Source: Longimicrobiales bacterium
Lineage (GTDB): Bacteria > Gemmatimonadota > Gemmatimonadetes > Longimicrobiales > Gaopeijiaceae
Reading direction: 5' to 3'
NCBI GenBank assembly: GCA_965226375.1
Contig: CBDDCX010000008.1
Location: forward strand, 640,001 to 704,000
Length of the DNA stretch: 64,000 nt
In this document: in pieces, positions 1 through 11,017 of the stretch
How the letters are laid out: each line of letters starts with the position of its first letter
Position numbering within the stretch: the stretch's first letter is position 1
Translations under genes and position numbers: made by a program
The notes under the pieces: model-generated
What the model saw: the letters and a program-made list of their open reading frames with translations, nothing else
The model's database searches: none
Told to the model about the DNA's origin: nothing

Positions 1-141
1 GTTCGAGTGGACGGATCGCCGTGTGGGCGTCGTCTCGGACGCGCGCTATCGTACGCGGGGAAACAGGTGTGGGGAAGGGCCGCCGGTGAGATATGTCTCC
101 CGATCGGCTCATGCAGGTCGGGTCAGGGCCGGGCGCGGGGG

Positions 142-1374
142 TCAGGCTTCCTTCTTTTGCTCCTCGGGGTGGAGCACCAGAAGGGGTGGGACTTCTTGAT
201 CGACGCAGTCCGCCGTGACGACCACTTCACGCACATCAGTCCGCGACGGAATCTCGAACATGACGTCGCGCATGAAGTCCTCGATGACCGAGCGCAGGCC
301 TCTCGCACCGGTACCTCTGTTCAGGGTCTTCTGGGCGATCCGACGCAGCGCCTCCTTGTCGAAGGTCAGGCCGATGCCCTCCAGCTCGAACATCTTCTTG
401 TACTGCTTGACCAACGCGTTCTTGGGCTCCGAGAGAATCTCGACCAGGGCGTCCTCGTCCAGATCGGTGAGGTTCACCGTGACCGGAAGGCGCCCCACCA
501 ACTCCGGAATCAATCCGAACCGCTGGAGATCCTCGGGCTCGACGAAGCGCAGAAGCTCGTCGCGCTGTTCGTCGGAGGCCTTTTCCCCGAACCCGATGCG
601 TCTCTGTCCCAGCCGGCTCTCGACAATCTGCTCCAGCCCGTCGAAGGCGCCGCCGCAGATGAAGAGGATGTTGCGCGTGTCGAGCTGGATGTACTCCTGC
701 TGAGGGTGTTTCCGGCCCCCCTGAGGCGGTACGGAGGCGATCGTTCCCTCAAGGATCTTGAGGAGCGCCTGCTGCACACCTTCACCCGAGACGTCCCGGG
801 TAATCGACGGGTTCTCCGACTTGCGGGCGATCTTGTCCATCTCGTCGATGTAGATGATACCGCGCTCGCACTCGGCGACGTTGAAGTCGGCCGCCTGCAG
901 GAGCCGAACGAGGATGTTCTCGACGTCCTCGCCCACGTATCCGGCCTCGGTAAGGGTCGTGGCGTCGGCGATGGTGAAGGGGACGTGCAGGATGCGTGCG
1001 AGGGTCTGGGCAAGCAGTGTCTTGCCCACTCCGGTCGGCCCCATGAGCAGAATGTTGGCCTTGTCGATCTCGACTTCGTCGAGTACGCCCTGGTTGTTCA
1101 CCCGCTTGTAGTGGTTGTAGACCGCCACGGAAAGGGCACGCTTGGCGAGCTCCTGGCCGATCACGTACTGGTCCAGAACCTCTTTGATCTCCTCCGGTAT
1201 CGGACTGGGGATTACGGAGTCTGCAGCTTCTCGCTCCTCTTCCTCTGCCAGGATCTCGTTGCAGAGAGAGATACACTCGTTACAGATGTAGACGGACGGT
1301 CCGGAGATGAACTTCTTGACACTCTCCTTGGACTTTCCGCAGAAGCTGCAGCGCAGGTGTTTGTCACTGGACAT
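142..1374 (-). CDS. clpX: ATP-dependent Clp protease ATP-binding subunit ClpX
   Basis: N-terminal CSFCGK...ICNEC zinc finger, Walker [27 protein letters not shown] loop; follows clpP. Confidence 0.98.
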   Translation of the reverse strand: MSSDKHLRCSFCGKSKESVKKFISGPSVYICNECISLCNEILAEEEEREAADSVIPSPIPEEIKEVLDQYVIGQELAKRALSVAVYNHYKRVNNQGVLDEVEIDKANILLMGPTGVGKTLLAQTLARILHVPFTIADATTLTEAGYVGEDVENILVRLLQAADFNVAECERGIIYIDEMDKIARKSENPSITRDVSGEGVQQALLKILEGTIASVPPQGGRKHPQQEYIQLDTRNILFICGGAFDGLEQIVESRLGQRRIGFGEKASDEQRDELLRFVEPEDLQRFGLIPELVGRLPVTVNLTDLDEDALVEILSEPKNALVKQYKKMFELEGIGLTFDKEALRRIAQKTLNRGTGARGLRSVIEDFMRDVMFEIPSRTDVREVVVTADCVDQEVPPLLVLHPEEQKKEA

Positions 1375-1403
1375 AGGCGTGTCCTCAGTACCCTTCCGAA
1401 GTC

Positions 1404-2057
1404 CTACTCTTCGTCTTCGATGGTGGGCCCGTCAAGCTTTTCGTGCGAGTCGGTCGGTTTCCCGTCCTTCACCATGGGCCCCTCGAGAATCCGGTCGATC
1501 AGGCCATACTCCATGGCCTCTTCCGGGCTCATGAAGCGATCCCGATCGACATCCTCGGCGACACGCTCGAGGGTCTGCCCCGTGTGTTTGGCCATGATCT
1601 CGTTGAGCCGCTTACGGGTATAGAGAATTTCCTTGGCCGCGATCTCGATGTCGGCGGCCGTACCCTGCGATCCGCCCGACGGCTGGTGGATCATGATACG
1701 GGCGTTGGGTAGCGCCGCGCGTTTGCCCTTTGCACCGGCCGCCACGAGCACGGCCGCCATGGACGCCGCGATGCCCACGGCGAACGTAGAAACGGGCGCC
1801 CGCATGTGCTGGATGGTGTCGTAGATGGCCAATCCCGCGTAGACCCCACCGCCCGGCGAGTTCACGTAGATATAGACGTCACGCTCCGGATCTTCCGCGT
1901 CGAGGAACAACAGCTGGGCGATGATGATGTTGGCCACGTTGTCGTCGATGGGCGTGCCCAGGAAGATGATGCGGTCCATGAGGAGGCGGCTGAAGATGTC
2001 ATAGCTCCGCTCTCCTCGGCTCGTCCGTTCGATGACATAAGGTGGGTAGATCGCCAT
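1404..2057 (-). CDS. clpP: Clp protease proteolytic subunit
   Basis: [28 protein letters not shown] (catalytic Ser), IMIHQP (His). Confidence 0.98.
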   Translation of the reverse strand: MAIYPPYVIERTSRGERSYDIFSRLLMDRIIFLGTPIDDNVANIIIAQLLFLDAEDPERDVYIYVNSPGGGVYAGLAIYDTIQHMRAPVSTFAVGIAASMAAVLVAAGAKGKRAALPNARIMIHQPSGGSQGTAADIEIAAKEILYTRKRLNEIMAKHTGQTLERVAEDVDRDRFMSPEEAMEYGLIDRILEGPMVKDGKPTDSHEKLDGPTIEDEE

Positions 2058-2085
2058 TGGTTCTGATTGCTCCGTTCGGGTCGGC

Positions 2086-3348
2086 TCAGTTCACTACGAT
2101 CTCGGACTGCCCCTTGAGGAAGTCGAAGACCTTTCGTTCGGTGATTTCTCTTTCCAGTGCTTCCAATCTCTCGCTTTTCTGTAGATTGGCGTAGACCTTG
2201 GCCGGATTTTCTCCGGCCTTCTCGGCGATTTCTTCGATTCGTGAGTCGAGCTCTTCCTCGGTCGCCTGAAGTCCCTGGCTGTCCGACACCCTGTCGATCA
2301 CCAGGATCCGTTTTACCGCCATCTCGGCTTGAGGGGTGATCTGCTCCTTGGCCTCCTGCCACTTCTCGGGAGGCACGTCCTCCGGGTCACCCAGGAGCGA
2401 CGCCACGTAACGATCCACCATGGACACTGGCACGGTGAACGGATTGGCCTCGAGAATGGAGTCGAGGAGCTTGCCCCGGACCACACCCTCTGCCTGATCC
2501 TCTGCCTCGCGCTGCAGGTCTGCACGCACCTTGTCCGAGAGATCGTCCAGGCTCTGGAACTCGCCGAGCTTAGCGGCGAACTCATCGTTCAGCTCCGGAA
2601 GCTCGAGGCGGCTTCTCGACGCGAGCTGAATGCGCAGATGCTCTTCCTGACCTCTGCGCTCCTCGTTCGGGAAGTCGTCCGGGAAGCGCACCACGAACTC
2701 CCCGCCCGCTCCGATCTCGAGCGTTTTGATGGCATCTTCGATGTCGGTAATGGCGTCTCCTCGACCGAGCACGAACTCGTACGGTTGGGTCACGCCCTCC
2801 CCATCTTCTTCCAGCCGCTCGATCTCTACGCTGACCAGATCGCCTTCCTCCGGGCTGCCGTCTTCCAACGCCTGCCAGGTGCCGTTCTGTTCCCTGAGGC
2901 GCTCCAGGACCTGTTGCAGCTTCTCATCCAGGCCTTCGATCTCCGGCCGTTCCACCTTGAAGCCGCCCAGCCTGGAGATGTCGATCTCCGGGCGAACATC
3001 GAAGGAGATCGAGAAGGTCAGGTCCTGCTCCGGCTCGTACTGGACGTTGCCGACTTCGCCTTCGGAGATGGGGTTGAGCTCGTTTTGGTTGAGCGCCTCC
3101 CTGTATGCGTCCCCGATCAGTTTGTCGAGCGCCTCGCGATTCAGGGCCGGCCCGTATTTTTTCTCTACGACCGCGGCGGGTACCCGTCCCTTGCGGAAGC
3201 CAGGTAGCTTGAGCCGCGACGCGAGCTCACCCGTGATACGACGTCGTTCGGTCTGAACGACGTCAGCGGGTACCGTCACGTTCATGGTGCGGCGCCAGCG
3301 CTCGCCCTCCTCCACGGAGATCTGCAACTGTGTGCCGTCGATAGCCAT
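2086..3348 (-). CDS. tig: Trigger factor
   Basis: Ribosome-binding motif [14 protein letters not shown]-like middle domain, tig-clpP-clpX order. Confidence 0.96.
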   Translation of the reverse strand: MAIDGTQLQISVEEGERWRRTMNVTVPADVVQTERRRITGELASRLKLPGFRKGRVPAAVVEKKYGPALNREALDKLIGDAYREALNQNELNPISEGEVGNVQYEPEQDLTFSISFDVRPEIDISRLGGFKVERPEIEGLDEKLQQVLERLREQNGTWQALEDGSPEEGDLVSVEIERLEEDGEGVTQPYEFVLGRGDAITDIEDAIKTLEIGAGGEFVVRFPDDFPNEERRGQEEHLRIQLASRSRLELPELNDEFAAKLGEFQSLDDLSDKVRADLQREAEDQAEGVVRGKLLDSILEANPFTVPVSMVDRYVASLLGDPEDVPPEKWQEAKEQITPQAEMAVKRILVIDRVSDSQGLQATEEELDSRIEEIAEKAGENPAKVYANLQKSERLEALEREITERKVFDFLKGQSEIVVN

Positions 3349-3369
3349 CTATGCTCAATCCTCAATAAA

Positions 3370-3411
3370 GAATCGGCGCTAATGAATCGGCGCTAATGCC
3401 TCGGCGCTCGT
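3370..3411. repeat. Three tandem 14-bp units (GAATCGGCGCTAAT x2, GCCTCGGCGCTCGT)
   Basis: Read directly between the tRNA-Leu 3' end and the tig start. Confidence 0.85.
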
Positions 3412-3425
3412 GCCGAAAAGCCGAA

Positions 3426-3508
3426 TGCGAAAGGGGGGACTCGAACCCCCACGGCATTTAGCCACAGGATCCTAAATCCTGCGCGTCTACCAATTCCGCC
3501 ACTTTCGC
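3426..3508 (-). tRNA. tRNA-Leu (anticodon UAG), CCA not encoded
   Basis: GCGAAAG/CTTTCGC acceptor stem, GGAATTGGTAGAC D-arm, CAGGA-TTTAGGA-TCCTG anticodon arm, long variable arm, GGTTCGAGTCC T-arm. Confidence 0.97.
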
Positions 3509-3640
3509 CAGTATTTTCACCGAAAACCGGCCATTATGCCGAATTAGGCAAAGATAACCGAGCCCGAAAACACCATCAACAGATGGGGGGTCTTGGGGTG
3601 GTGGGTCACTCAGACCCATCACCGGGTTTCGGACACAGCA

Positions 3641-3670
3641 GAGGCGCGACGCCCGTGGGCGTCGCGCCTC
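3641..3670 (-). terminator. GC-rich hairpin after degP (probable terminator, no U-tract)
   Basis: GAGGCGCGACGCCC-gt-GGGCGTCGCGCCTC perfect inverted repeat. Confidence 0.6.
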
Positions 3671-3698
3671 CCTGCTATAGGTCCCCTCGCGGTCCGTG

Positions 3699-5243
3699 CT
3701 AGCTGGAAATGCGCACGTGGAATACCTGCGGCTGACCGACGGAAGCCTGCACACGAAGAGTGACGATGTCACCCCTGTCCACGTCGGCCATGATGCGCCG
3801 GACGTCGGAGGCATCGTCCACCGGCTGCCGATTGATCTCGAGCACCTTGTAGCCGGCCCTCAACCCCCTGCGAGAGGCGGGGCCGTTGACCTGGACATCG
3901 GTGATGACCGCACCGCCGACGTCGCGGAAACCGTAGTTCGCAGCAAAGTCACGCGTCATGTCCTCGATGCGTACGCCGAGCTTGTCGTCCATGCGCTCCT
4001 CGTCACGCACCGGCGCCGCGGCGACCCGGACGGGTTCGCTCCTCAAGGGAGCCTCGCCGAGACGCACACTGACCGTCCGTTCACGACCGTCGCGATAGAC
4101 GGTCACCCCGATCCGATCACCCGGACGCTTGCGGGCGATGCTCTGCTGCAGTTGACCGGTCCGGCCGACCGGCTGGTCGTCGATGGCCACGATCACGTCG
4201 TAGGCCAGGAGGCCAAACTCTTCCGCCGGGCCATCGGGGGTGATCTGGGTCACCTCCACACCGGAGACGGTGGGTAGGCCGTAGCTCTCGGCCGACACCG
4301 CGTCGACGCCGGTCATGGCGATACCGAGCCAGGCCCTGCGCACACGCCCGTACTCGACCAGATCCTCCATGACGCGTTTGGCCAGATCGATGGGAATGGC
4401 GAACCCGTACCCCTGATAGAATCCGGTCCTGCTCGTGATGGCCGAATTGATGCCCACCACCTGACCCCGCAGGTTGACCATGGGCCCACCGGAGTTACCC
4501 GGATTGATGACCGCGTCCGTCTGGATAAAGTCCTCGATCGCGAACCCTCTGGCATCCCGCGTCTCGGGGTTCTCCTGGAGTTCGCGTTGAAGCAGCGCCA
4601 GCGGCCGCCCGAGCGCACTGATGATGCCTACCGTCACGGTGTAGTCCAGCGGACGACTAGTACCTCCGAAGCCCGGATTACCGATGGCCACGATCCACTC
4701 GCCCACGCGCAGATCGTCGGAGCTCCCGAAGCTCAGGCTACCGAGGTTGTCCGCTTCGATCTTGATGACCGCCACGTCCGTGAAGGGATCCCGTCCCACC
4801 AACGTGGCTGGGAAGGACCTTCTGTCCTGAAGGAACACGGTCATGGCCGTGGCGTCCGCGACCACGTGGTTGTTCGTGAGGATGTATCCATCGGTGGAGA
4901 CGAGGAATCCGCTTCCACCCGAGACCTGGTCGGGCCGATCCCGCTGATTCTGCTCGGGGTTCCGGAAGAGCCTACTGGGCTGCTCTTGTGCCGCAGGAGC
5001 CTGCCTGCGCGCCTCGATTCGTACGACCGCCGGCGTCACCATCTCGGAGACGTTGACGAACGCATCGCTCAGGTCCAAGGCCGGCTGGACCGCCTCCACC
5101 GGAATCTGAGGCTGAGTCTCGAGGACCGGCATCGAGTGGGTCACGCCGGTCCACCCGAAGGCCGAGGCGATACCCAGCCCGAAAAGACAGGCCACCGTCG
5201 AGAAGAATACGATCTTCATCTTCGAACGCAGGGGGTCATACAT
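3699..5243 (-). CDS. DegP/HtrA-family serine protease with two PDZ domains
   Basis: N-terminal TM, GSGFLVSTDGYILTNNHVV, TDVAVIKI, IQTDAVINPGNSGGP; ATG 5243 chosen for spacing from the AAGGAAG RBS. Confidence 0.95.
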   Translation of the reverse strand: MYDPLRSKMKIVFFSTVACLFGLGIASAFGWTGVTHSMPVLETQPQIPVEAVQPALDLSDAFVNVSEMVTPAVVRIEARRQAPAAQEQPSRLFRNPEQNQRDRPDQVSGGSGFLVSTDGYILTNNHVVADATAMTVFLQDRRSFPATLVGRDPFTDVAVIKIEADNLGSLSFGSSDDLRVGEWIVAIGNPGFGGTSRPLDYTVTVGIISALGRPLALLQRELQENPETRDARGFAIEDFIQTDAVINPGNSGGPMVNLRGQVVGINSAITSRTGFYQGYGFAIPIDLAKRVMEDLVEYGRVRRAWLGIAMTGVDAVSAESYGLPTVSGVEVTQITPDGPAEEFGLLAYDVIVAIDDQPVGRTGQLQQSIARKRPGDRIGVTVYRDGRERTVSVRLGEAPLRSEPVRVAAAPVRDEERMDDKLGVRIEDMTRDFAANYGFRDVGGAVITDVQVNGPASRRGLRAGYKVLEINRQPVDDASDVRRIMADVDRGDIVTLRVQASVGQPQVFHVRISS

Positions 5244-5426
5244 ATCAAGCACTTCCTTAAGTCCGGTTGATCATTGCGTGTCGCCGACCGAGATGCTCGG
5301 TCATGCTACACTAATACAAGCTCCGTCTTTAAAAGCTCCGTGTGTCTTCGATCCCAGGCCGCGGCTTTGCGTTGCCTGGCCGGGCGCTGCTCCCGCTACT
5401 ACCCCGCAAAAGCCCCGCACGGGCTC

Positions 5427-5511
5427 GAGGGTTTTCAGGCCCCTCTCCGAACCCGTCTGCCGCAAAGCGGCGGTAGCGTAGCGGGGTTCGGAGAGGGGCC
5501 TGAAAACCCTC
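5427..5511. repeat. Perfect 28-bp inverted repeat with internal mini-hairpin (REP-like) after the dnaK stop
   Basis: GAGGGTTTTCAGGCCCCTCTCCGAACCC (5427-5454) pairs with 5484-5511. Confidence 0.85.
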
Positions 5512-5519
5512 CAAGCAAC

Positions 5520-7448
5520 TTACGCGTCTTCGTCGACGATCTCGTAGTCCGCCTCGACCACTTCTTCTTCGTCCTCGCTGCCCTCGGCGGCCTCGCCCTC
5601 CGTACCCTCACCGCCTTCGCCTTCCTCGGACTCGGTTTCTGCGGCCTGGGACTGGTACATCTCCTGGCCGGCTGCACTGAAGGCCTGCATCAGCTCATCC
5701 CGGGCGGAGTTGAAGGCGGCGGCCTCGTCGCCCTTGAGGGCTTCCTTGGCGGCCTCCACGGCTTGGTCGAGACGCTCCTTCGTTTCCTCGGAGACCTGAT
5801 CGCCCCACTCGGCGGAGTCCTTCTCCACCTGGTAGACCAGGGAGTCGAGCTGGTTGCGGGCCTCGACCTTCTCTCTGCGCTGCTCGTCTTCGTCGGCGTG
5901 GGCCTCGGCGTCCTTCACCATCTTGTCGATCTCGGTGTCGCTGAGTCCGCTGGAGGACTCGATGCGGATCTTCTGCTCCTTGCCCGTGGTCTGGTCCTTG
6001 GCCGAGACATGGAGAATGCCGTTGGCGTCGATGTCGAACGTGACCTCGACCTGGGGCATGCCCCTCGGTGCCGGCGGAATGCCGGTGAGCTGGAACTTGC
6101 CGATGGTCTTGTTGTCGAGGGCCATCTTGCGCTCGCCCTGGAGCACGTGGATCTCGACCGTGGTCTGATTGTCCTCCGCCGTGGAGAAGATCTCGGCCTT
6201 CTCGGTGGGGATGGTCGTGTTGCGGTCGATCAGCGCGGTCATGACTCCGCCGAGCGTCTCGATCCCGAGCGACAGCGGGATCACGTCGAGCAGGAGAACG
6301 TCGGTCACGTCACCGGCCAGCACGCCGCCCTGGATGGACGCTCCAACTCCCACGACCTCGTCCGGGTTCACACCCTTGTGGGGGTCCTTGCCAAAGCACT
6401 CGGTGACCACCTCTTGGATCTTCGGAATCCGGGTCGAACCACCGACCAGGATGATCTCGTCGATCTCCGAGGGGTCGAGGCCGGCATCCTCGAGAGCCTG
6501 CTTCATGGGCGGGATGGTCCGCTGGACCAGATCGTCCACGAGCTGCTCGAGCTTGGCCCGGGTCAGCGAGTAGTTCAGGTGCTTCGGGCCCTCTTGCGTG
6601 GCTGTGATGAACGGAAGGTTGATATCGGTCTGCTGAGTCGAAGACAGCTCCATCTTGGCCTTCTCCGAGGCCTCCTTGAGGCGCTGCAGAGCCATGGCGT
6701 CCTTGGACAGGTCGATGCCCTGGTCCTTCTTGAACTCGGTGACGAGCCAGTTGATGATCTTCTGGTCGAAGTCGTCACCACCCAGGTGCGTGTCACCGTT
6801 GGTGGACTTTACCTCGAAGACGCCGTCGCCCAGCTCCAGGACGGAGATGTCGTACGTTCCACCGCCGAGGTCGAACACGGCGATCTTCTCATCGGCCTTT
6901 TTGTCCAAGCCGTACGCGAGAGCGGCGGCCGTGGGCTCGTTGATGATACGAAGTACCTCGAGGCCCGCGACTTTGCCGGCGTCCTTGGTCGCCTGCCGCT
7001 GGGCGTCGTTGAAGTAGGCCGGTACCGTAATCACGGCCTGGTCGACCTCCATGCCCAGGTAATCCTCGGCGGTCTGCTTCATCTTCTGCAGGATCATCGC
7101 CGAGATCTCGGGGGGTGTGAACGTCTTGTCCACGTTGGGCACCTTGATCTGGACCCGGCCCTTGCTGTCCGTCTCGACCGCGTAGGGGACCAGCTTCTGC
7201 TCTTCGGTCACCTCGTCGCCCTTACGGCCCATGAAACGCTTGATGGAGAAGATGGTGTTCTCAGGGTTCGTGATGGCCTGTCTCCGTGCCACCTGACCCA
7301 CGAGACGCTCGCCGTCCTTGGTGAAGGCCACGACGGACGGCGTCGTGCGTCCGCCCTCGGAGTTGGGGATGACGACCGGCTCGCCGCCCTCCATGACGGC
7401 GACCACCGAGTTGGTCGTCCCCAGGTCGATGCCGATTACCTTTCCCAT
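5520..7448 (-). CDS. dnaK: Chaperone DnaK
   Basis: [36 protein letters not shown], acidic tail ending [11 protein letters not shown]. Confidence 0.99.
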   Translation of the reverse strand: MGKVIGIDLGTTNSVVAVMEGGEPVVIPNSEGGRTTPSVVAFTKDGERLVGQVARRQAITNPENTIFSIKRFMGRKGDEVTEEQKLVPYAVETDSKGRVQIKVPNVDKTFTPPEISAMILQKMKQTAEDYLGMEVDQAVITVPAYFNDAQRQATKDAGKVAGLEVLRIINEPTAAALAYGLDKKADEKIAVFDLGGGTYDISVLELGDGVFEVKSTNGDTHLGGDDFDQKIINWLVTEFKKDQGIDLSKDAMALQRLKEASEKAKMELSSTQQTDINLPFITATQEGPKHLNYSLTRAKLEQLVDDLVQRTIPPMKQALEDAGLDPSEIDEIILVGGSTRIPKIQEVVTECFGKDPHKGVNPDEVVGVGASIQGGVLAGDVTDVLLLDVIPLSLGIETLGGVMTALIDRNTTIPTEKAEIFSTAEDNQTTVEIHVLQGERKMALDNKTIGKFQLTGIPPAPRGMPQVEVTFDIDANGILHVSAKDQTTGKEQKIRIESSSGLSDTEIDKMVKDAEAHADEDEQRREKVEARNQLDSLVYQVEKDSAEWGDQVSEETKERLDQAVEAAKEALKGDEAAAFNSARDELMQAFSAAGQEMYQSQAAETESEEGEGGEGTEGEAAEGSEDEEEVVEADYEIVDEDA

Positions 7449-7526
7449 GTCTGCTCCTTTATGGACCTACCGTGTATGTGCTGAGCCCCGAGCGGGGTGT
7501 TACTCATGTTCTCCTGGCACGACCTG

Positions 7527-7604
7527 TGCAATGATCATGCCCAGTGAGAGGCTCAAAAAGCCGCCAAACTGGCGCCTTTCTAGTAACACCCTGCCAAAAT
7601 GGCG
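7527..7604 (-). promoter_or_regulatory. Sigma54-like -24/-12 element for dnaK plus two upstream YGCCA-N3-TGGCG palindromes
   Basis: Minus strand TGGGCATGATCATTGCA (GG-N10-GC) at 7543-7527; palindromes at 7562-7574 and 7592-7604. Confidence 0.6.
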
Positions 7605-7756
7605 GACTTTTGAAGCGAGTGGTCGGGGGAGGGTGGTGTGGGTGGGGCAGACGCGAGCTGGTTCACTCGACAGAGGCTCGCTTGCAGCCGTCCCCAACCG
7701 CGAGGCATGTTGGACAGGTTACGGCAACCTCTTCGCGTCTTCGGCGCAGGTGCATC

Positions 7757-9328
7757 ATGCCAAAACCCACCAGCCCTCACTCGTCGTCGCCCTCACAAGC
7801 CTTCCTCAGCTCCCTCGAGCTCAGCCGGCGTGAGCTGCTCGCCGGAGCGGGCGCCGGCGCCGCAGCCCTCTTTCTCGAGCAACGCGGCCTCCAGGCCGAG
7901 ACGCCGTCACGTACGGCTTCCACCGTGCAGAGCCCGACCGTCGTGTTCGCCAACACCACGGTCGTGAACGCCGATGCCGTGCAGAAGAACGTGGCGCTCG
8001 CAGTCGAAGGCTCGAACATCTCAGCGATCGGCCCGACCGACACAGTCCTCCAGAGCCATCCCCGAGCCGAGGTTTACGACGGACGGGGAAAAGCGCTACT
8101 TCCGGGCTTGATCAACTGTCACGCCCATATGGGGGCGGTGATCGCGCGCGGATTCAACGAGGACTTCGGATTCCCCAACAGCGCTCGACTGGCGGTCTCA
8201 CCCAACAGCCTCCTCGAAGGGGAGGAGCGCACCCTGATGGTGAGGGTGGCCGCGCTGGAGGCCATCCGGACTGGGACCACCACGATCGTGGAGAACGTCG
8301 GCAACATCCAACGGCACGCGGCGGCGTTGGCCGAGTCGGGTCTTCGCTGCGTGTTCGCGGAGTCGGTTCGGGACGCCTCAAACGTTCGTGGTCCGATGTC
8401 CCCGGAGAGGCTCGTCCTGAGCGAGGAGCCGAGGTTCTCGCCGAGGCTGCGCGACGAGGGCCTTCAGCGCATCAACGATCTGTTCACGACATGGCACGGT
8501 GCCGAGCAGGGGCGGATCAGCGTGTTCCCGGCGGCGGGACTCACCGAGACCTCGTCTCCCGAGCTCCTGCGGGCGGTCCGGGCTTTCGCCGAAGAACACG
8601 ATGTCGGGTATACCATCCATCTGAATCAGAGCCGTGCCGAGTTCGAGTTCATGGTTAGGTACCACGGCATCCGTCCGGCGGAGTATCTCGATCGGCACGA
8701 CTTCTTGGGCCCCCGGCTGTTCGCCGCGCACGCCAGATACGTCAACGAGTCCGAGATCGAGCTGCTCGGTAGGTCCGGCAGTACCATCTCGCACCAGGCC
8801 GCGATGGCGGCGAACCGAGGCGTGAGTCCACCGATTCCGGGTCTGCGAGCGGCGGGCTGCACCATCGCTCTCGGGACCGACAACAACACCAACGACGTGT
8901 TCGAGGTGATGCGCATCGCTCTCGTGACGGAACGGATCAGGCGCAATCGGGACGGGGACGAGGTCCCCGGTCTCCAGCCCCAGCCGGAAGACATGCTCGC
9001 GGACGCGACACAAGGCGGCGCGCGGGCGGTGCAGCAGCAGGAGCTCCTCGGCACGCTCGAGGTCGGCAAGAAAGCAGACCTTTTCGTCCTGGATCCCCAG
9101 CGTGCTCACCTCGTGCCGGCGGGCCGTATCCTGTCCGCGGTGGTTCACAGCGGTCACCCCGGCGACATCGAGTCGGTCATGATCGATGGGCGGTTCGTCA
9201 TGCGCGACCGCACGGTCCTCACGATGGACGAGGAGAGCATCATCAGAGAGGCGGACGCGGTAGGGCGGCGGGTCTGGGACCAGGTGTTGGAGGCCAGCCC
9301 GATTACGGTGCCGCGGTTAAGGCGGTAG
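7757..9328 (+). CDS. Metal-dependent amidohydrolase (SsnA/AtzA/MTA-deaminase-like) with putative Tat signal
   Basis: LSRRELL plus hydrophobic stretch; LLPGLINCHAH, IHLNQS, FAAHA, LGTDN, GTLEVGKKAD; start moved to ATG 7757. Confidence 0.85.
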   Translation: MPKPTSPHSSSPSQAFLSSLELSRRELLAGAGAGAAALFLEQRGLQAETPSRTASTVQSPTVVFANTTVVNADAVQKNVALAVEGSNISAIGPTDTVLQSHPRAEVYDGRGKALLPGLINCHAHMGAVIARGFNEDFGFPNSARLAVSPNSLLEGEERTLMVRVAALEAIRTGTTTIVENVGNIQRHAAALAESGLRCVFAESVRDASNVRGPMSPERLVLSEEPRFSPRLRDEGLQRINDLFTTWHGAEQGRISVFPAAGLTETSSPELLRAVRAFAEEHDVGYTIHLNQSRAEFEFMVRYHGIRPAEYLDRHDFLGPRLFAAHARYVNESEIELLGRSGSTISHQAAMAANRGVSPPIPGLRAAGCTIALGTDNNTNDVFEVMRIALVTERIRRNRDGDEVPGLQPQPEDMLADATQGGARAVQQQELLGTLEVGKKADLFVLDPQRAHLVPAGRILSAVVHSGHPGDIESVMIDGRFVMRDRTVLTMDEESIIREADAVGRRVWDQVLEASPITVPRLRR

Positions 9329-11017
9329 CGCTGAGCCACGAGGAGAGTCTGGAGAGGGCCAGTTCGATGGCGTAGTGGCCTTTGGGGGCGGACCCCACCT
9401 CGGCACCTCCGTATCCCCGTAGAACGCTGGAGCGTCCGGGCTCGCCCGCGTCTTCCGGAACGGAGCGTCAGGCTGTATTTCGGGACGGCTAAGCGAGTTC
9501 GCGAGGTTCCGAACGAGGTAGACGGACATCGCGGACATGGCTACCGGGGCTTCCCAGCTCGCGTCCGGAAGGAAGTTGTCGCGCTGCTGGTGGTTCACGT
9601 TGTCTAGGTAGTACTGCCAGGCCTGCCGGTTCGTCTCCCGGTTCCCATCGACCGTGAAGCCGGGCATGAGGTAAACGCCGGGCACACCGGCGAGAAGGAA
9701 CGAGTACTGGTCGGAGCGGAACAGGAGCGCCTGGGCCGCCGCGAAGGGCGGGATCCGATAGCGCTCGTACGACGTGCCATACTCCTCACCGGCCTGCTCG
9801 AGGAACGGCCCGAGCGTCGAGTATTCTTCACCGAAGGCGAGAAAATCGTCCGAGGCTTGCCCGTCCAGCCCTCCGTCATGGTTGATGGCGGCCACGGTCT
9901 TCTCCATCGGGAAGACGGGGTTCCGCACGTAGTACCACGAGCCCAATAGCCCCCCCTCCTCAGCTCCCATGGCGAGGAAGAGCACCGAGCGGGCCATGTC
10001 GAGTCCGACCATCGCCTCCGCGGCCGCGAGGACCTTCGCCACGCCGACGGCGTTGTCGTGCGTGCCGTTGTAGATGCTGTCGCCTTGCGCGTCCGGGGCA
10101 CCGATGCCGACGTGGTCGAGGTGAGCGGTGAAGACGACGACTTCGTCGCGCAGCTCGGGATCCGTCCCCCGGATGAGCCCTCCCACGTTCCAACTCCTGG
10201 AGGAGCGAAGCTCATGGGCGGGCTCGATGGTTACGGGACCGAGGTCGACCGCCTCGGCGCCCGCCGCAGGGCCGGGTGACAGCCGGTCGAGCAAGGCACG
10301 GGACGCATCGGGTCCGAGGGTCGCCGCCGCCCGGAACCTGGTCGTCGTGCCGTCCGCCAGCACTCGGAGCGGGCGCCGTGGACGCAGCCGGCGTTCCCAC
10401 GTCTCTTCGCTGGGTCGCGGATCTACGACTACCACGGCCTGTGCTCCCAGGCGATACGCGAGCTCGACCTCGGTCCGGGCCCGGATCACCACGTCGAGGT
10501 CCTGCTCTCGTCCTTCGGGGATGCCGGCCAGGACGAACGCGATGCTCCCATCCAGGTCCACGTCCTCAGGCAGCTCGCCGTCCACCAGTCCACGGCCCAC
10601 GTAGACTCCTCGGCCCGAGATCGAGGGTCTTTCACCGATCCAGTCCGGGGTGAACGAGGCCTCCGGGTAGGCGATCTCCAGGTCATCGATGCGGAGGTTA
10701 CTTCCTTGATCCCGCACGATTTCCAGCAGGTCGAAGGGTTGCATGTACGAGCCGTCGAAGGCCGGCTCGACGCCGATTCTCGCGTACTGCTCCGCCACGT
10801 AGTCGCGGGCCATCTCATAACCCACGTCGTCGGTATCTCGGCCCCGCAGACGGTCATCCGACAGGAACTCGATATGGGACCGGATCAACTCCGGCTGGAT
10901 GACCTCGATGGCCTGCGCGATGTCCGTGGAGGGTGCCTCTTCGCCGCACGCGTAAAGGACCCCAATCACGGCCAGGGCTGCCAGTGCCGAAGCGGACAAC
11001 GCTGAAGTGCTCCTCAT
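9317..11017 (-). CDS. M28-family peptidase lipoprotein with PA domain
   Basis: Lipobox LYAC; TAHLDHVG, NGTHDNAVG, GAEEGGLLGS, FRSDQYSF. Confidence 0.9.
   Translation of the reverse strand: MRSTSALSASALAALAVIGVLYACGEEAPSTDIAQAIEVIQPELIRSHIEFLSDDRLRGRDTDDVGYEMARDYVAEQYARIGVEPAFDGSYMQPFDLLEIVRDQGSNLRIDDLEIAYPEASFTPDWIGERPSISGRGVYVGRGLVDGELPEDVDLDGSIAFVLAGIPEGREQDLDVVIRARTEVELAYRLGAQAVVVVDPRPSEETWERRLRPRRPLRVLADGTTTRFRAAATLGPDASRALLDRLSPGPAAGAEAVDLGPVTIEPAHELRSSRSWNVGGLIRGTDPELRDEVVVFTAHLDHVGIGAPDAQGDSIYNGTHDNAVGVAKVLAAAEAMVGLDMARSVLFLAMGAEEGGLLGSWYYVRNPVFPMEKTVAAINHDGGLDGQASDDFLAFGEEYSTLGPFLEQAGEEYGTSYERYRIPPFAAAQALLFRSDQYSFLLAGVPGVYLMPGFTVDGNRETNRQAWQYYLDNVNHQQRDNFLPDASWEAPVAMSAMSVYLVRNLANSLSRPEIQPDAPFRKTRASPDAPAFYGDTEVPRWGPPPKATTPSNWPSPDSPRGSALPP

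Noticed and set aside
7..1623. 538-aa plus-strand ORF
   Set aside because: Antisense shadow of clpX/clpP caused by high-GC codon bias; no motifs
5274..7484. 736-aa plus-strand ORF
   Set aside because: Well-known antisense ORF opposite dnaK; not a supported gene
7449..7620. CIRCE element upstream of dnaK
   Set aside because: No TTAGCACTC-N9-GAGTGCTAA match
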